Of a stretch of 64,000 nucleotides of DNA, positions 19,038 through 28,569 are shown in pieces. The DNA is from an uncultured delta proteobacterium (GTDB lineage: Bacteria; Myxococcota_A; Polyangia; Polyangiales; Polyangiaceae). Where the stretch lies: NCBI GenBank assembly GCA_963841435.1, contig CAWJCS010000002.1:320001-384000 (forward strand), read 5' to 3'. The notes beneath the pieces were generated by a model. It saw only the letters and a list, made by a program, of their open reading frames with translations. It had not been told where the DNA came from and did not search any database. The translations under genes and the position numbers were made by a program. Numbering within the stretch: position 1 is the first letter of the stretch; each line of letters begins with the position of its first letter.

Positions 19038-20556
19038 ATGCGAAGAACGCCGATTCTGTACGCGGTGACGGTGGCCGTTGTGTCCGCCTGCAGCTCGGGT
19101 GGGTCCGACGCTCCGGGTGGCGTGGGCGAAAACGGCGGAATGGCGCAAGCCGGCGGGGCCTCGGGCACGGGAGGAGCGCTCGCCAGTGGTGGAAACTCAG
19201 CAGCGGGGGGCGGTTCTGGCGTTGGTGGCGCGGTCGCCGCGGGGCGCGGTGGCACTGCGGGGGCAGCGGCTGGCGTCGGAGGGAGCCAGTCGCCAGGCGG
19301 CAGCAGTGGGACGGGCGGTGCAGCCGGCGGGGCTGGCGCAGCGGGCATCGCCGGCAGCATGGTCGCAGGCGGCGCGGGGGCGAGCGGGGCGGGGGCGAGC
19401 GGGGCGGGGGTGGGCGGCGCCAGCGGGGGTCAAAGCGGGTCGAGTGGAGGCACTACTCCTGAGGGTGGAGTGGGCGGCACGAACGTGGCGGGCGGCGGAG
19501 CCGGCGGCAGCGGCGGCAGCGGCGGCAGCTCGGTCGTCCCCGGGTGCACGCCGCCCTCAGCGTACCCCAATCTCTTCGTCACCGTCTCGGGGCACACCCA
19601 GGCGGAGAGCGACGCCAAGATCGCTGCGGCGTGGAACCAGCTCTACAACCCCTCCAATGGGAATACCGTCTACTACGACGGGCCCGGCTCGGACGAGTCG
19701 TACGTCAAGGACACGGGGAACAACGACGTGCGGACCGAGGGCATGTCTTACGGCATGATCACCGCCGTTCAGCTCGACAAGCAGACCCAGTTCGATCGCC
19801 TGTGGGCTTGGGTCAAGAACCACATGGCGCAAGGGACGGGCGAGATCGCGTGGCATTGCTCGACGAGTGGCGGAAAATTGTCGAGCGGCGGCGCACCGGA
19901 CGGCGAAGAGTACATGGCGACCGCGCTGATTTTTGCGCACAACCGCTGGGGTTCGTCGGGGAAGTTCGACTATGCGGTCGAGGCCCAGTGGGTGCTCGAC
20001 CTGATCCGGACGAAGTACTTCAACTCGACCTACCACATCGTCAAGTTCGTCTCGGGCTCGAACAACACCGACGGTTCGTACGTCTTGCCGGCCTTTTATC
20101 AGGTGTGGTCCTGCTTCGACACGGCCAACGCATCGTTCTGGAACGAAGCGGTGACGGCGGGACGCGAGTTCTTCAAAGCCGCAGCAGACTCGAACGGCGT
20201 CATCCCCGACCAATCGTCCTTCACGGGTCAGGCGATGGGCGGCGCCGGTTCCGACGCCAAGCGCTGCGTCATGAACATCATGATGGATACCAACTTCTTC
20301 GCCGCCGACCCGTGGCAGACGCAAACGTACGCGCCCGCATTCGGCGCGTGGATGAAATCCCACAGCGACGGCTCGGCGGCTCAGTTCTCGTGCAACGCGC
20401 TCCTCGGCTTCGGCTTACCCGAGTCGAACTGGCAAGCCTTTCGTGGACAAGATCTGGTCGGCGCCGATACCGACGGGCACGTACCGCTATTACGACGGCA
20501 CGCTCTACATGCTCGGGCTGCTCCACGTGAGCGGCACGTTCCGGCTCTGGTTCTAA
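19038..20556 (+). CDS. GH8 xylanase/reducing-end exo-oligoxylanase-like lipoprotein; +1 frameshift at about 20427
   Basis: VSAC lipobox; DVRTEGMSYGM, FDRLW, APDGEEY, DGSYVLPAFY. Removing one A at 20427/20428 restores the typical C-terminus KPFVDKIWSAPIPTGTYRYYDGTLYMLGLLHVSGTFRLWF, ending at TAA 20554-20556. Confidence 0.88.
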
Positions 20557-20672
20557 CCGAGCGGCGCAGCCTCCCGGCTGAGCTTCGGTCTCGCCCTCGA
20601 GCCAAGCCGGGCGGTTTCCGGGCATCATCGCCGTCGCTTGTGCGGAGCGTGACGCCTGCCGTATTCTGGGGA

Positions 20673-21449
20673 ATGACGAGCCGAGCCGTGAACGCCGCTC
20701 GGACGACTGTCGTCGCGTTGCTCGTGTCGGGCTGCTCGCCCGGCGTGGCGCCGCCCGCCCGGACGGAGCCGCGGACGCCACCACCGGCCGCCGCTGCTGC
20801 TCCCGCCCCTCTGGTCGCGACGGAACCCGAGGGCGACTCGGGCGTGCTCGCCCGGGAGCCGCATGCCGCCGATTCGTCCGATACCCCCGAAGTGCGCCTG
20901 GCTCGCTACCGCGCGCTCTGGACTTCGGAACGCTACCACCCCGCCGCGCTGGAAACGTCTCCGAGGCCCGCGTCGCTCCCAGCCGGCCCCTACGCTTGCC
21001 GCGTCTCGCAGGAATACCGGCTTCGCGACTGCACGGTCGAGAAGGACACCGAGGGCCGCACTTGGCTCGCGTTCGCCGGAGGCAACCTGCTCGGGATGCG
21101 CGGGGTCGTGTGGGACGCGCCCGGCGGGCTCGCGTTCGAGGGTTTTCTCACCGACGAGGAGCCATTCGGGTGCACGAGCTGTCAGGACCGCTGCATCGTC
21201 AACCCGGGCAGTTGCGCCTGCGATCCTCTGCCGCCGGAGGGCGTCGTCGAATGTCTCAAGCAGCCCCTGAAGATGACCCTGAAACGCAACGGGACGGGGC
21301 GCTACCGCGGGACGCTCGTCTACAAGGTCTACTTCAACGAGTACGTCGGCGAGGGGGCCGACCGCCACGTGGAGGGGTTCGTTCCCAAGGAGGAGCGGCT
21401 GATCGTGGACTTGGTTCGGGGAGCGCCGCCAGAGGATCCGAATCGGTAG
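20673..21449 (+). CDS. Hypothetical lipoprotein with Pro/Ala linker and Cys-containing domain
   Basis: MTSRAVNAARTTVVALLVSGC lipobox; fused to the GH8 in the ORF track only because of the frameshift; CTSCQDRCIVNPGSCAC cluster. Confidence 0.7.
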   Translation: MTSRAVNAARTTVVALLVSGCSPGVAPPARTEPRTPPPAAAAAPAPLVATEPEGDSGVLAREPHAADSSDTPEVRLARYRALWTSERYHPAALETSPRPASLPAGPYACRVSQEYRLRDCTVEKDTEGRTWLAFAGGNLLGMRGVVWDAPGGLAFEGFLTDEEPFGCTSCQDRCIVNPGSCACDPLPPEGVVECLKQPLKMTLKRNGTGRYRGTLVYKVYFNEYVGEGADRHVEGFVPKEERLIVDLVRGAPPEDPNR

Positions 21450-21451
21450 CA

Positions 21452-22177
21452 ATGCCAGCCGCTCCTTCGCTAGGCTGGGGCACAAGAGCGAGCTGCCCGG
21501 TGCCGCACGGCGTGCGTCGCGGTGCCCTCGTGCTCGTGCTCGTGCTCGTGCCCGTGCTCGTGCTCGTGCTGTTCCTCGTGCCTGGCGCCGCGGCTGCGGA
21601 GCCGTTGCCCTCGTCGGGCTCGGCGACCTGGGCGCGGGGCCCCTACGGGTCGATGCACATGCTGCTCGAAAAGACGCTCTTGAAGATCAACGTCTTGACC
21701 CTCCACGTGCACGTCACCAGGCCGGTTCAACGGCGCTTCTCGGCGCTCATCGGGAAGAACGGGTATTCGGAAAAGCTGGGCGAGCGGCTCGCCCGCGTCA
21801 TGCTCGCGGCGGACGACGCTCTGATCGAGCAGCGCTTCCTGCGCGACGTGTCGCTGTCGCAGTGGCTGGACGCGGTGTTCGAGAATCTGGAGCAGGCGAG
21901 GGAGGCGGGGCTCATCAGCCGGGAGCTTCTGCAACGCGTGCGGCAGCGGCTACCCGTCACTTTCGGCGCGCTCGCGAAGCGCGGTTACGAGCGTGGCGAC
22001 CGCATCCTTTACCGCGTCGGGGCGGGCTCCGTCCGGACCGTCGTCGTGAGCGACAAGGGCAAGGTGTACGTGGACCGTACCGACGAGGGCAAGGAGCCGC
22101 CGCACGTCGTGCTCGCCACGTACTTCGCTCCGAAGGGTGACTTCCGCGAGCCGCTGCTACGCTCGCTCTTCGAGTGA
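21452..22177 (+). CDS. Secreted hypothetical protein, possibly chalcone-isomerase-like fold
   Basis: ATG 2 bp after the upstream stop; signal peptide ending AAAA-EP; QRFLRDVS and GDRILYR patterns are reminiscent of Chalcone_3-type proteins (weak). Confidence 0.55.
   Translation: MPAAPSLGWGTRASCPVPHGVRRGALVLVLVLVPVLVLVLFLVPGAAAAEPLPSSGSATWARGPYGSMHMLLEKTLLKINVLTLHVHVTRPVQRRFSALIGKNGYSEKLGERLARVMLAADDALIEQRFLRDVSLSQWLDAVFENLEQAREAGLISRELLQRVRQRLPVTFGALAKRGYERGDRILYRVGAGSVRTVVVSDKGKVYVDRTDEGKEPPHVVLATYFAPKGDFREPLLRSLFE
21527..21570 (+). repeat. (CTCGTG)n hexamer repeat encoding the (LV)n signal-peptide core
   Basis: About 7 units with one interruption, read directly. Confidence 0.8.
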
Positions 22178-22220
22178 CGGCGACTCACCCCGGGGGCCTC
22201 GGTCCAGCGCGACGCCGGCA

Positions 22221-22394
22221 TGACGCGAGGCGTCAATCCAAGCCCGATGGTGCGACGCCTTCGGTGCGACGCCTGAGCCCCGCAGACCCCGCTTGGTCTC
22301 ACTTTTCGCAGGACGTGTCTCATTTTCTGTGTCAAGGATCTAGGGTGAAAAGTCAGAGAATCACTCTTGATGTAGTCGGGGGAACATGCCCGAC
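22221..22394. promoter_or_regulatory. Cluster of direct and inverted repeats upstream of the LuxR-type gene
   Basis: TGACGC-N3-GCGTCA at 22221-22235; GGTGCGACGCCT x2 (22249, 22263); GTCTCA(C)TTTTC x2 (22296, 22317); GTCGGG-N8-CCCGAC at 22375-22394. Confidence 0.5.
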
Positions 22395-22459
22395 CGCTCG
22401 GTTCTGACTGACACGAAGCGGCGCCCTTTCTTGGACGAACGCTGACCTCCGGTGCTCAA

Positions 22460-23269
22460 GTGAACGTCTGCGGCATCTCGATCCTGACCCGAAAGATCCT
22501 CGTCACCCGTCAGTCCGGGTCCGACGCATGGGGTCAATTCTTTCGTGACGTTGCAAGGTCCCACAGAAGCTTTCGTTCGCTGATCACCGCCGACACGCTG
22601 ATCCCATTGCCCGCCTACCTCGCTTTTCACGACGAGCTCATGCGGCGCTTCTTCAGGGAGACCGACGTCTCGCACGTCAAGCTCGGGCGGGACTCGAGCC
22701 GCTGGGCCGTCGGTGATGGCCCGCTCAAGTCGTTCGCGCAAGGGCTCGACCTCGGCGGCGTCGTGGACGCGCTGCCGAGGCTCCACGGGCTCTACTTCCG
22801 GGATGCAACGACTCGGTCCGAAGCCACGCTCACGGGCCAGAGCGTCGAGTTCAAAGTCTTCGACTTGCCGCAGTGGCACCCGTACTTCGAACATTTCATC
22901 GTTGGCTACATCGCCGAGATTCTCGAAATGTTCTGCGCGAATCCAATCCGGACGGTGCGGCTTCGCGGAGGCGCGGGAAAGGAGTATCACTATCTCTTCC
23001 ACGGCGCGCCGACACAGGAGGACGCGCCATCCTCGAGCCGCGATCGCAGGGCCGCCCTCGCAGAGGTTGGGCGCCACCTCTCCAACCGAGAGACCGAAGT
23101 GCTCCTGCTCGTCGCGCACGGCAAGACGAACGAGGAGATCGGCGAAACGCTCGGCATTTCCCGGAAAACTGCTCAGCACCACGTGGCGCGCGCCTACAAG
23201 AAGATCGGCGTGTCCAATCGGGTCGGCGCGGCAGTATGGCTCGCCGAGCGCGGTCTCGTCGGCGACTAG
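22460..23269 (+). CDS. LuxR-family HTH regulator with a non-receiver N-terminal domain (DUF2378/V4R-like by appearance)
   Basis: C-terminal LSNRETEVLLLVAHGKTNEEIGETLGISRKTAQHHV...KIGVSNR; the N-terminal ~175 aa lack receiver motifs. Confidence 0.85.
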   Translation: MNVCGISILTRKILVTRQSGSDAWGQFFRDVARSHRSFRSLITADTLIPLPAYLAFHDELMRRFFRETDVSHVKLGRDSSRWAVGDGPLKSFAQGLDLGGVVDALPRLHGLYFRDATTRSEATLTGQSVEFKVFDLPQWHPYFEHFIVGYIAEILEMFCANPIRTVRLRGGAGKEYHYLFHGAPTQEDAPSSSRDRRAALAEVGRHLSNRETEVLLLVAHGKTNEEIGETLGISRKTAQHHVARAYKKIGVSNRVGAAVWLAERGLVGD

Positions 23270-23331
23270 CGACGGGTCCTCGGGCGCTCGCGCGACGCCT
23301 CGGGGGCGTTCGGCGGTGCCCGCGCTTCGCG

Positions 23332-24588
23332 CTACGGCAGCGTGAACTTGCTCAAGAAGGTCCAACCGACGGTGGCGTCGCCCGCGGCGTGCATGCCCCC
23401 TTGCTTGACACAAAGCCCGACCTGGACCCCGGAGTCGCATTGCTCGTAGGTGGTGCACTCGCCGTCCATCGTCGTTGGGGCGACACAGCCGTCGAGCCCG
23501 GCCCAACGCTCGAAGCTCGCTTGCGCGCCGAGGAACGTGATGCGACCGCTCGAGCCCTTGCCGCCGGCGAAGGGAACCACCGTGTCGCCCGTGCCGCGGA
23601 AGGCAATCACGCTGATGGGGCGCGACGGCGCACACGGTTCTTCCGCTTCGACCAGTAGATCGAACGCCGACGGCGCCACCGCGGCGAACACGTCGGCCGC
23701 ATTGCAGGCGAGGAAGTGCGACATGCCCCCGCCCATCGAGAAGCCGACCGAATACACCCGCAGCAGGTCGACGCAGCCGTCGCTCGCGATGGATTGAACC
23801 ATGCCCTTCGCGAACCCCAGATCGTCAACGTCGCGTGAGTTGGTGCAGCAGGGGCCGATGTTCCAGGCGCTGTCGATGCCGTCCGGGAATGCGACCAGAA
23901 ACCCCTCGCGGTCGGCGACCTGTCGATACCCCGAGCTCGACTCCTCTTGCATGCCGCTCCCGCCGAGCCCGTGGAAGTCGAGGACCAGCGGGACCGGAGT
24001 CTTGCCGTCGTAGCTCGACGGGACGTGCAGAATGTAAGTGCGAGACGTGCCGCCGATCATCAGTGTGCGGTTGTGGTCGCCCGCCATGAGCGTCGACGTG
24101 GTGCAAGAGCTCTGGCCGGCGCTTCCGCCAGTCCCGCCTTGCCCGGCGGAGCCCGCATCGCCCGAGGCACCAGCGGCGCCCGCACCGCCGCCACCCGCGG
24201 CTCCAGACCCTGCGCCGGCGTCGCCGCCCGCACCGTCGCCGCTCGCGCCACCGCTACCGCTGGCCCCGGACGCGGCGCCCGCGGAGCCCGAAGCGCCGGC
24301 GCCACCCGCACTCGCGCCTCCCGCGCCACCGAGCGCGCCCGCCGCGCCGCTCACGCCGCTCGACCCTGCCGCCGAACCGCCCGCGCCACTCTGCGCTCCG
24401 GCACTTCCTCCGATGGCCCCCGTCCCTGCGATCCCACCGCTGCTCGTCGTACCAGCCGGAGCACCCGCATCGCCGCCGTTGCTGCGCTCCTCGCCGCTCG
24501 AGCACGCGAACGCCAACAACGCCGCCGCGAGACCGAACGACAGGCCGCGACGGCTCGCACGACGATTCGAGATTGGCACGATTGACAC
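23332..24588 (-). CDS. CE1/LpqC-like esterase lipoprotein (candidate feruloyl esterase) with Gly-rich linker
   Basis: AFAC lipobox; RTYILHVP, PLVLDFHGLGG, WNIGPCC, VDDLGF, GFSMGG nucleophile elbow, GTGD, GGMH. Confidence 0.85.
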   Translation of the reverse strand: MSIVPISNRRASRRGLSFGLAAALLAFACSSGEERSNGGDAGAPAGTTSSGGIAGTGAIGGSAGAQSGAGGSAAGSSGVSGAAGALGGAGGASAGGAGASGSAGAASGASGSGGASGDGAGGDAGAGSGAAGGGGAGAAGASGDAGSAGQGGTGGSAGQSSCTTSTLMAGDHNRTLMIGGTSRTYILHVPSSYDGKTPVPLVLDFHGLGGSGMQEESSSGYRQVADREGFLVAFPDGIDSAWNIGPCCTNSRDVDDLGFAKGMVQSIASDGCVDLLRVYSVGFSMGGGMSHFLACNAADVFAAVAPSAFDLLVEAEEPCAPSRPISVIAFRGTGDTVVPFAGGKGSSGRITFLGAQASFERWAGLDGCVAPTTMDGECTTYEQCDSGVQVGLCVKQGGMHAAGDATVGWTFLSKFTLP

Positions 24589-24778
24589 TCTGCGTAGGGC
24601 GACTCATCCCGGCAATAGGCCGGTCGGCCCCCGCGGCGCGTTCTGCATCACGACGCTCTCCCGAACGGACCTTCGAATGGAACGAGCACCGGAATTGTTC
24701 ACCGGCGGCGGCACGTCACGTTCGCTTCGCGACGATGCCGCCGGCGACGGACGTTGCACGCGTGCGCTTGCCCCAGCG

Positions 24779-26209
24779 TCAACTGGCCAAGTCGTGCTCG
24801 ATCAGCCAGACCGCTGCGCTGGCACGGCTCCGGACCCCGAGCTTGTCTAGGATGCGGGCCACATGGACTTGCACCGTTCGCGGCGAGATGCGCAGCGTAG
24901 TGGCTATCTCTTTGTCCGATTTTCCCCGAACGAGCAGCTGGGACACCTCGAGCTCGCGCCCCGAGAGCCGGTGTAAGCTTGCAGGCCCCACGCGATCGGG
25001 CAGACCGAGAGAGACGAGCACCGCGTCCACGGCGCGCGAGTCCAGTCGCCCCGCGGCGGCTTCCGTCACGAGCTCTCGGGCGATGGTATCGGGGCTCGAG
25101 GCCCGGCGGTACGGCCAATCCTCGCTCATCGAACGTGCCATGTGAGCGGCGGCGAGCACGCGCGCGGGAGTGGACAACGTGCGGGCCGAGCGGTGTTGCG
25201 GGTAGCCGGAGCCGTCCAGGCGCTCGTGAGCCGCGGTCGCGATATCCGCAACCTCGGCCAACGCTTCGATCGGTCGCAGCACGCGCCCCGTGAAGTGAGC
25301 GTGTAGACGCACGCGTTCCAGGGCGGCCCAGTCGAGCGGCCCGCGGCGTGCCCAGATGCCGTTCGGTACGCTCACGCGTCCGAGGTCGTGCAGGAGCGCT
25401 GCCAGACGCAGCGCGCGGGTCTCGCCTGCGCCTAGCCCCAGTTGTGCGGCGGCTCGCGCGGCGAGCGCCGCAACGCCAGTCGAATGACCGAGGAAGATCG
25501 GGGTCGTGAGGTCGGTGAAGACGGCGAGCACGTGCGCAACGTCGTCGAATCGGCGCTCGTCGGCCCATTCAACCGGTCCTGGCTCGAGCTCCAGGAAATG
25601 CTCGAAGATGAAAGGGTCTTCGATGGCCGCAAACAGCGAGCCTTGTTCCTCGAGCAGGAGCTCGACCAGCCACGGCTCGATATCGCTTGCGCCGAGCCAG
25701 TGCACCGCGTCGAGCGCGGCGGCACGACCTTTCGAGGCACGAACGATTTCCACGAGCCGAGCGATCCGATGGAGGCGCAGGGGGAGCGGCGCGACCGTCG
25801 TGTTACCCGGTGGCGTGACCAATGGCTCCACGTGCGCGGGTGTACCGAGCATGCGTACCAAGACACTCAAACGGTGCGCGTACGCAGTGTGCGAGGTCGT
25901 CCACGCAAGCTGACGGAGCGCCCCTTTCAGCTCGGGCATGTCACGCAACGACGTGCTGCTCTCCATCGACGGGCGATCGTCCTCCGGCACCGCCAGGCCT
26001 TCCGGCGCCGTCAGGCCCGTGGCCCCGATATGGGAGAGAAGTGTCACCCAATAGGTGTCGCGCAAAAGCTCCTCGCTCGCGCCGGCTCGCTTCCCGAGCT
26101 CGACGGCAAGCACGGTGGAACGCACGGCATTGCCCGGCACGGTGTCGTCCGCAACGTCGCATGCGAGCGTCAGCCGCCCGAGGAGCTCAGCGATTCTGAT
26201 GGGACCCAT
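24779..26209 (-). CDS. HD-GYP domain plus LuxR HTH regulator (partly degenerate HD-GYP)
   Basis: LLHDLGR, HERLDGSGYP and C-terminal LSGRELEV...GKSDKEIA...ISPRTVQVHV. Confidence 0.9.
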   Translation of the reverse strand: MGPIRIAELLGRLTLACDVADDTVPGNAVRSTVLAVELGKRAGASEELLRDTYWVTLLSHIGATGLTAPEGLAVPEDDRPSMESSTSLRDMPELKGALRQLAWTTSHTAYAHRLSVLVRMLGTPAHVEPLVTPPGNTTVAPLPLRLHRIARLVEIVRASKGRAAALDAVHWLGASDIEPWLVELLLEEQGSLFAAIEDPFIFEHFLELEPGPVEWADERRFDDVAHVLAVFTDLTTPIFLGHSTGVAALAARAAAQLGLGAGETRALRLAALLHDLGRVSVPNGIWARRGPLDWAALERVRLHAHFTGRVLRPIEALAEVADIATAAHERLDGSGYPQHRSARTLSTPARVLAAAHMARSMSEDWPYRRASSPDTIARELVTEAAAGRLDSRAVDAVLVSLGLPDRVGPASLHRLSGRELEVSQLLVRGKSDKEIATTLRISPRTVQVHVARILDKLGVRSRASAAVWLIEHDLAS

Positions 26210-26236
26210 GCGTGTTCCGAGGCGGGTTCTGGCCTG

Positions 26237-27220
26237 CTAGCCGGGGACGCTGCGTGCGATCCCCGAGTGTCTGCCCGGTGGCAGGAGCGCGAGCAGGGCC
26301 GGGACGATCTGCGCGACCGGTTTGCCGCTCGTGTCGAACGCTGCATGGGCCAGCTGATAGAGCGCCTGGCGGGCCTCCAAGGTGCGTGCGATGTTCTCGA
26401 GCGCTTCGCCGCGAAGCTGCGCGTTCGCAATGCGAGCGTCGTGCTGCAGCAGCACCCGCTCGAACATCACGCGTGGCTTCGCCTTGAGCCAGATCGTGAA
26501 GAACGACGTGAGCAAGACTTCGTAGGTGGCAGGCTCCGCGACGACACCGCCCCCGGTCGCGAGCACCACGTTCGGGTACTCGGCGATGATGCGTTCCAAG
26601 CAGCTGCGCTCGAGCACGCGATAGCCGTGCTGCCCGTAGAGCGTAAAGATTTCGCTGATCGCGAGCTTGGCTTCCTTTTCGATCTCGCGATTGAGCTCCA
26701 CGAACGGAACGCCGAGCCGCTCCGCCAAGAGCGGGCCCAGAGTCGATTTCCCGACGCCGCGAATTCCGATCAAGGCGATGCGCTGGGCTTCGCGGTCGCC
26801 TTCGAACAGCCGCTCTCGAATCCGGGCCAGGCGCTCGGGCGTCTGGCGCTTGAGGAATTCGACGATCATCGTGAGCTCGGGATTGGACGACTCCTCGGCC
26901 GTGACGAAGCTCTCGATGGGCAAATGCAGCGCGATGGCGAGGCGCTGGAGCAGCGCCAGCGAAATGTTGCCCGTCCCCGCCTCCACGCGTCCGAGATAGG
27001 CGAGGGAGATGCCCGACTGCTCCGCCAGCGCCTTGCGCGTCATGAAGCGTTGCGCGCGAGCGCGCCTCAGCCGCTGTGCGAGCAACTCGTGGAGCTCCCT
27101 CTCGCTCGCTCGTGCAGCGAGGTTCTTGCGCGCGGGGGAAGCCAACTCGGCCGCATTCGCTTCGGGGCTCCGGGCCCGGACGCGCGGATTCTTCGGCTCC
27201 TTTTTGGTCGTTCGTTTCAT
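26237..27220 (-). CDS. boxR: BzdR/BoxR-type regulator (XRE HTH plus shikimate-kinase-like domain)
   Basis: MTRKALAEQSGISLAYLGRVEAGTGNISL HTH followed by RIALIGIRGVGKSTLG P-loop, FVELNREIE, ATGGG and TIWLKA. Confidence 0.9.
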   Translation of the reverse strand: MKRTTKKEPKNPRVRARSPEANAAELASPARKNLAARASERELHELLAQRLRRARAQRFMTRKALAEQSGISLAYLGRVEAGTGNISLALLQRLAIALHLPIESFVTAEESSNPELTMIVEFLKRQTPERLARIRERLFEGDREAQRIALIGIRGVGKSTLGPLLAERLGVPFVELNREIEKEAKLAISEIFTLYGQHGYRVLERSCLERIIAEYPNVVLATGGGVVAEPATYEVLLTSFFTIWLKAKPRVMFERVLLQHDARIANAQLRGEALENIARTLEARQALYQLAHAAFDTSGKPVAQIVPALLALLPPGRHSGIARSVPG

Positions 27221-27276
27221 CGAGACGTTTCATCCACGAGCTGCGACCCGAATGGCGCCGCCCCGGCGCGCGCGCG

Positions 27277-28533
27277 TCAGGCCGCACGCTCCAGCAAGAT
27301 GGCGATGCCTTGCCCGCCACCCGCGCACGCCGAACAAATCCCGTATTTCCCGCCGGAGCGCTGCAATTCGCGTGCGACGGTGGTCGTCAGTCGAACCCCC
27401 GAAGCCGCCAGGGGGTGCCCGATGGCGATCGCACCACCGTGTACGTTGACCCGCTCGCGTTCGAGCTCGAGCTCTTTCTCGACGGCGAGGTATTGCGCGC
27501 CGAATGCCTCGTTGATCTCGTAGCGATCGACTTGCTCTCGCTTCAGATGAGTGGCTGCGAGGAGCGCGCGGATCGCGGGCACGGGCCCGATGCCCATGAC
27601 CTCGGGCGGCACGCCGACGCTCGCGCCCGCGACGATTCGCGCGAGAGGCGTGAGCCCGTGCTCTCTCACGTAGGCGCCCGATGCAACGAGCGCGGCGGCA
27701 GCGCCATCGACGATGGCCGAGCTGTTGCCCGCGGTTTGCACGCCGTCCTTGCCGAAGGCCGCTCGTAGCGTCTGCAAGACCTCGAACGAGCTCGGCTTCA
27801 CGTGCTCGTCCCGGTCGAAACGCGCGAGCTTGCGCGGGAGCTTGACGCCGCGCGGCTGGTACTCGCCGACGCTCCAGGTCTGGTCCGTGACCGGCGCCAC
27901 TTCTCCCGCCAAAAACCCGCCCTCCCAGCCCTGCAACGCCCGCGAGAAGCTTTGTTCTGCGAAGCGGTCAACCTCGGAGCGGCGGATGCCGTAGTGCCGC
28001 GCCAAGTTCTCTGCCGTCTCGCCCATGCGCGTGTTGGACGAAGTATCGAGCGTGGCCTCCCAGAGGAAGTCCTTGAACTCGACCTGGCCCATCTTGAAAC
28101 CGGTGCGATGCGAGTACGCGGCGACTGGGTTTCTCGACATCGACTCGGTGCCCACGCACAGCGCAAGGCGCGTCTTCCCGAGCTTGATCTGGTCGGCCGC
28201 CGTGAGGATGGTTTCGAATCCCGTTCCGCACAGGCGGTGCACCAAGACCGCCGGCACGCCCAGCGGCACGCCCGCGTAGAGCCCGATCTGGCGCGGCAGG
28301 TAGAAGGCGTCGAAGCTCGACTGCGCGACGTTGCCGGCAACCACGCTGCCAACGTCCGCGGCGGGTACGCCCGAGCGCTCGAACAAGGCGCGCGCCACGT
28401 GGATGCCGAGGTCGGTCGCCGAAACGCCAGAGAGCGCGCTCCCGTAGTCGGCAAACGGGGTGCGGACGCCGCCGAGGAGCCAGATGTCGTCGTAGTGACC
28501 GATGAGGGCGTGTTTTTCGGAGGATTCGAACAT
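27277..28533 (-). CDS. Thiolase (acetyl-CoA C-acyltransferase)
   Basis: RTPF, RLCGTG (Cys), GTESMS, TAGNSSAIVDGA, EINEAF, GGAIAIGHPLAASG, CAGGGQG. Confidence 0.95.
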   Translation of the reverse strand: MFESSEKHALIGHYDDIWLLGGVRTPFADYGSALSGVSATDLGIHVARALFERSGVPAADVGSVVAGNVAQSSFDAFYLPRQIGLYAGVPLGVPAVLVHRLCGTGFETILTAADQIKLGKTRLALCVGTESMSRNPVAAYSHRTGFKMGQVEFKDFLWEATLDTSSNTRMGETAENLARHYGIRRSEVDRFAEQSFSRALQGWEGGFLAGEVAPVTDQTWSVGEYQPRGVKLPRKLARFDRDEHVKPSSFEVLQTLRAAFGKDGVQTAGNSSAIVDGAAAALVASGAYVREHGLTPLARIVAGASVGVPPEVMGIGPVPAIRALLAATHLKREQVDRYEINEAFGAQYLAVEKELELERERVNVHGGAIAIGHPLAASGVRLTTTVARELQRSGGKYGICSACAGGGQGIAILLERAA

Positions 28534-28569
28534 GGCTGAGCTCGGGTCGCCGGCGCGGCCCCCTTCCGT

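Noticed and set aside
19038-21449. 803-aa GH8 fusion with a novel C-terminal domain
   Set aside because: Explained by a +1 frameshift; the true GH8 tail lies in another frame and the distal part has its own start and lipobox
23332-24588. PHB depolymerase
   Set aside because: The family label is shared with CE1 esterases; there is no PHB-binding domain or PHA gene context, so a carbohydrate/aromatic esterase is preferred, though unproven
26237-27220. Shikimate kinase (aroK)
   Set aside because: The N-terminal XRE HTH and the gene context identify the BzdR/BoxR regulator architecture
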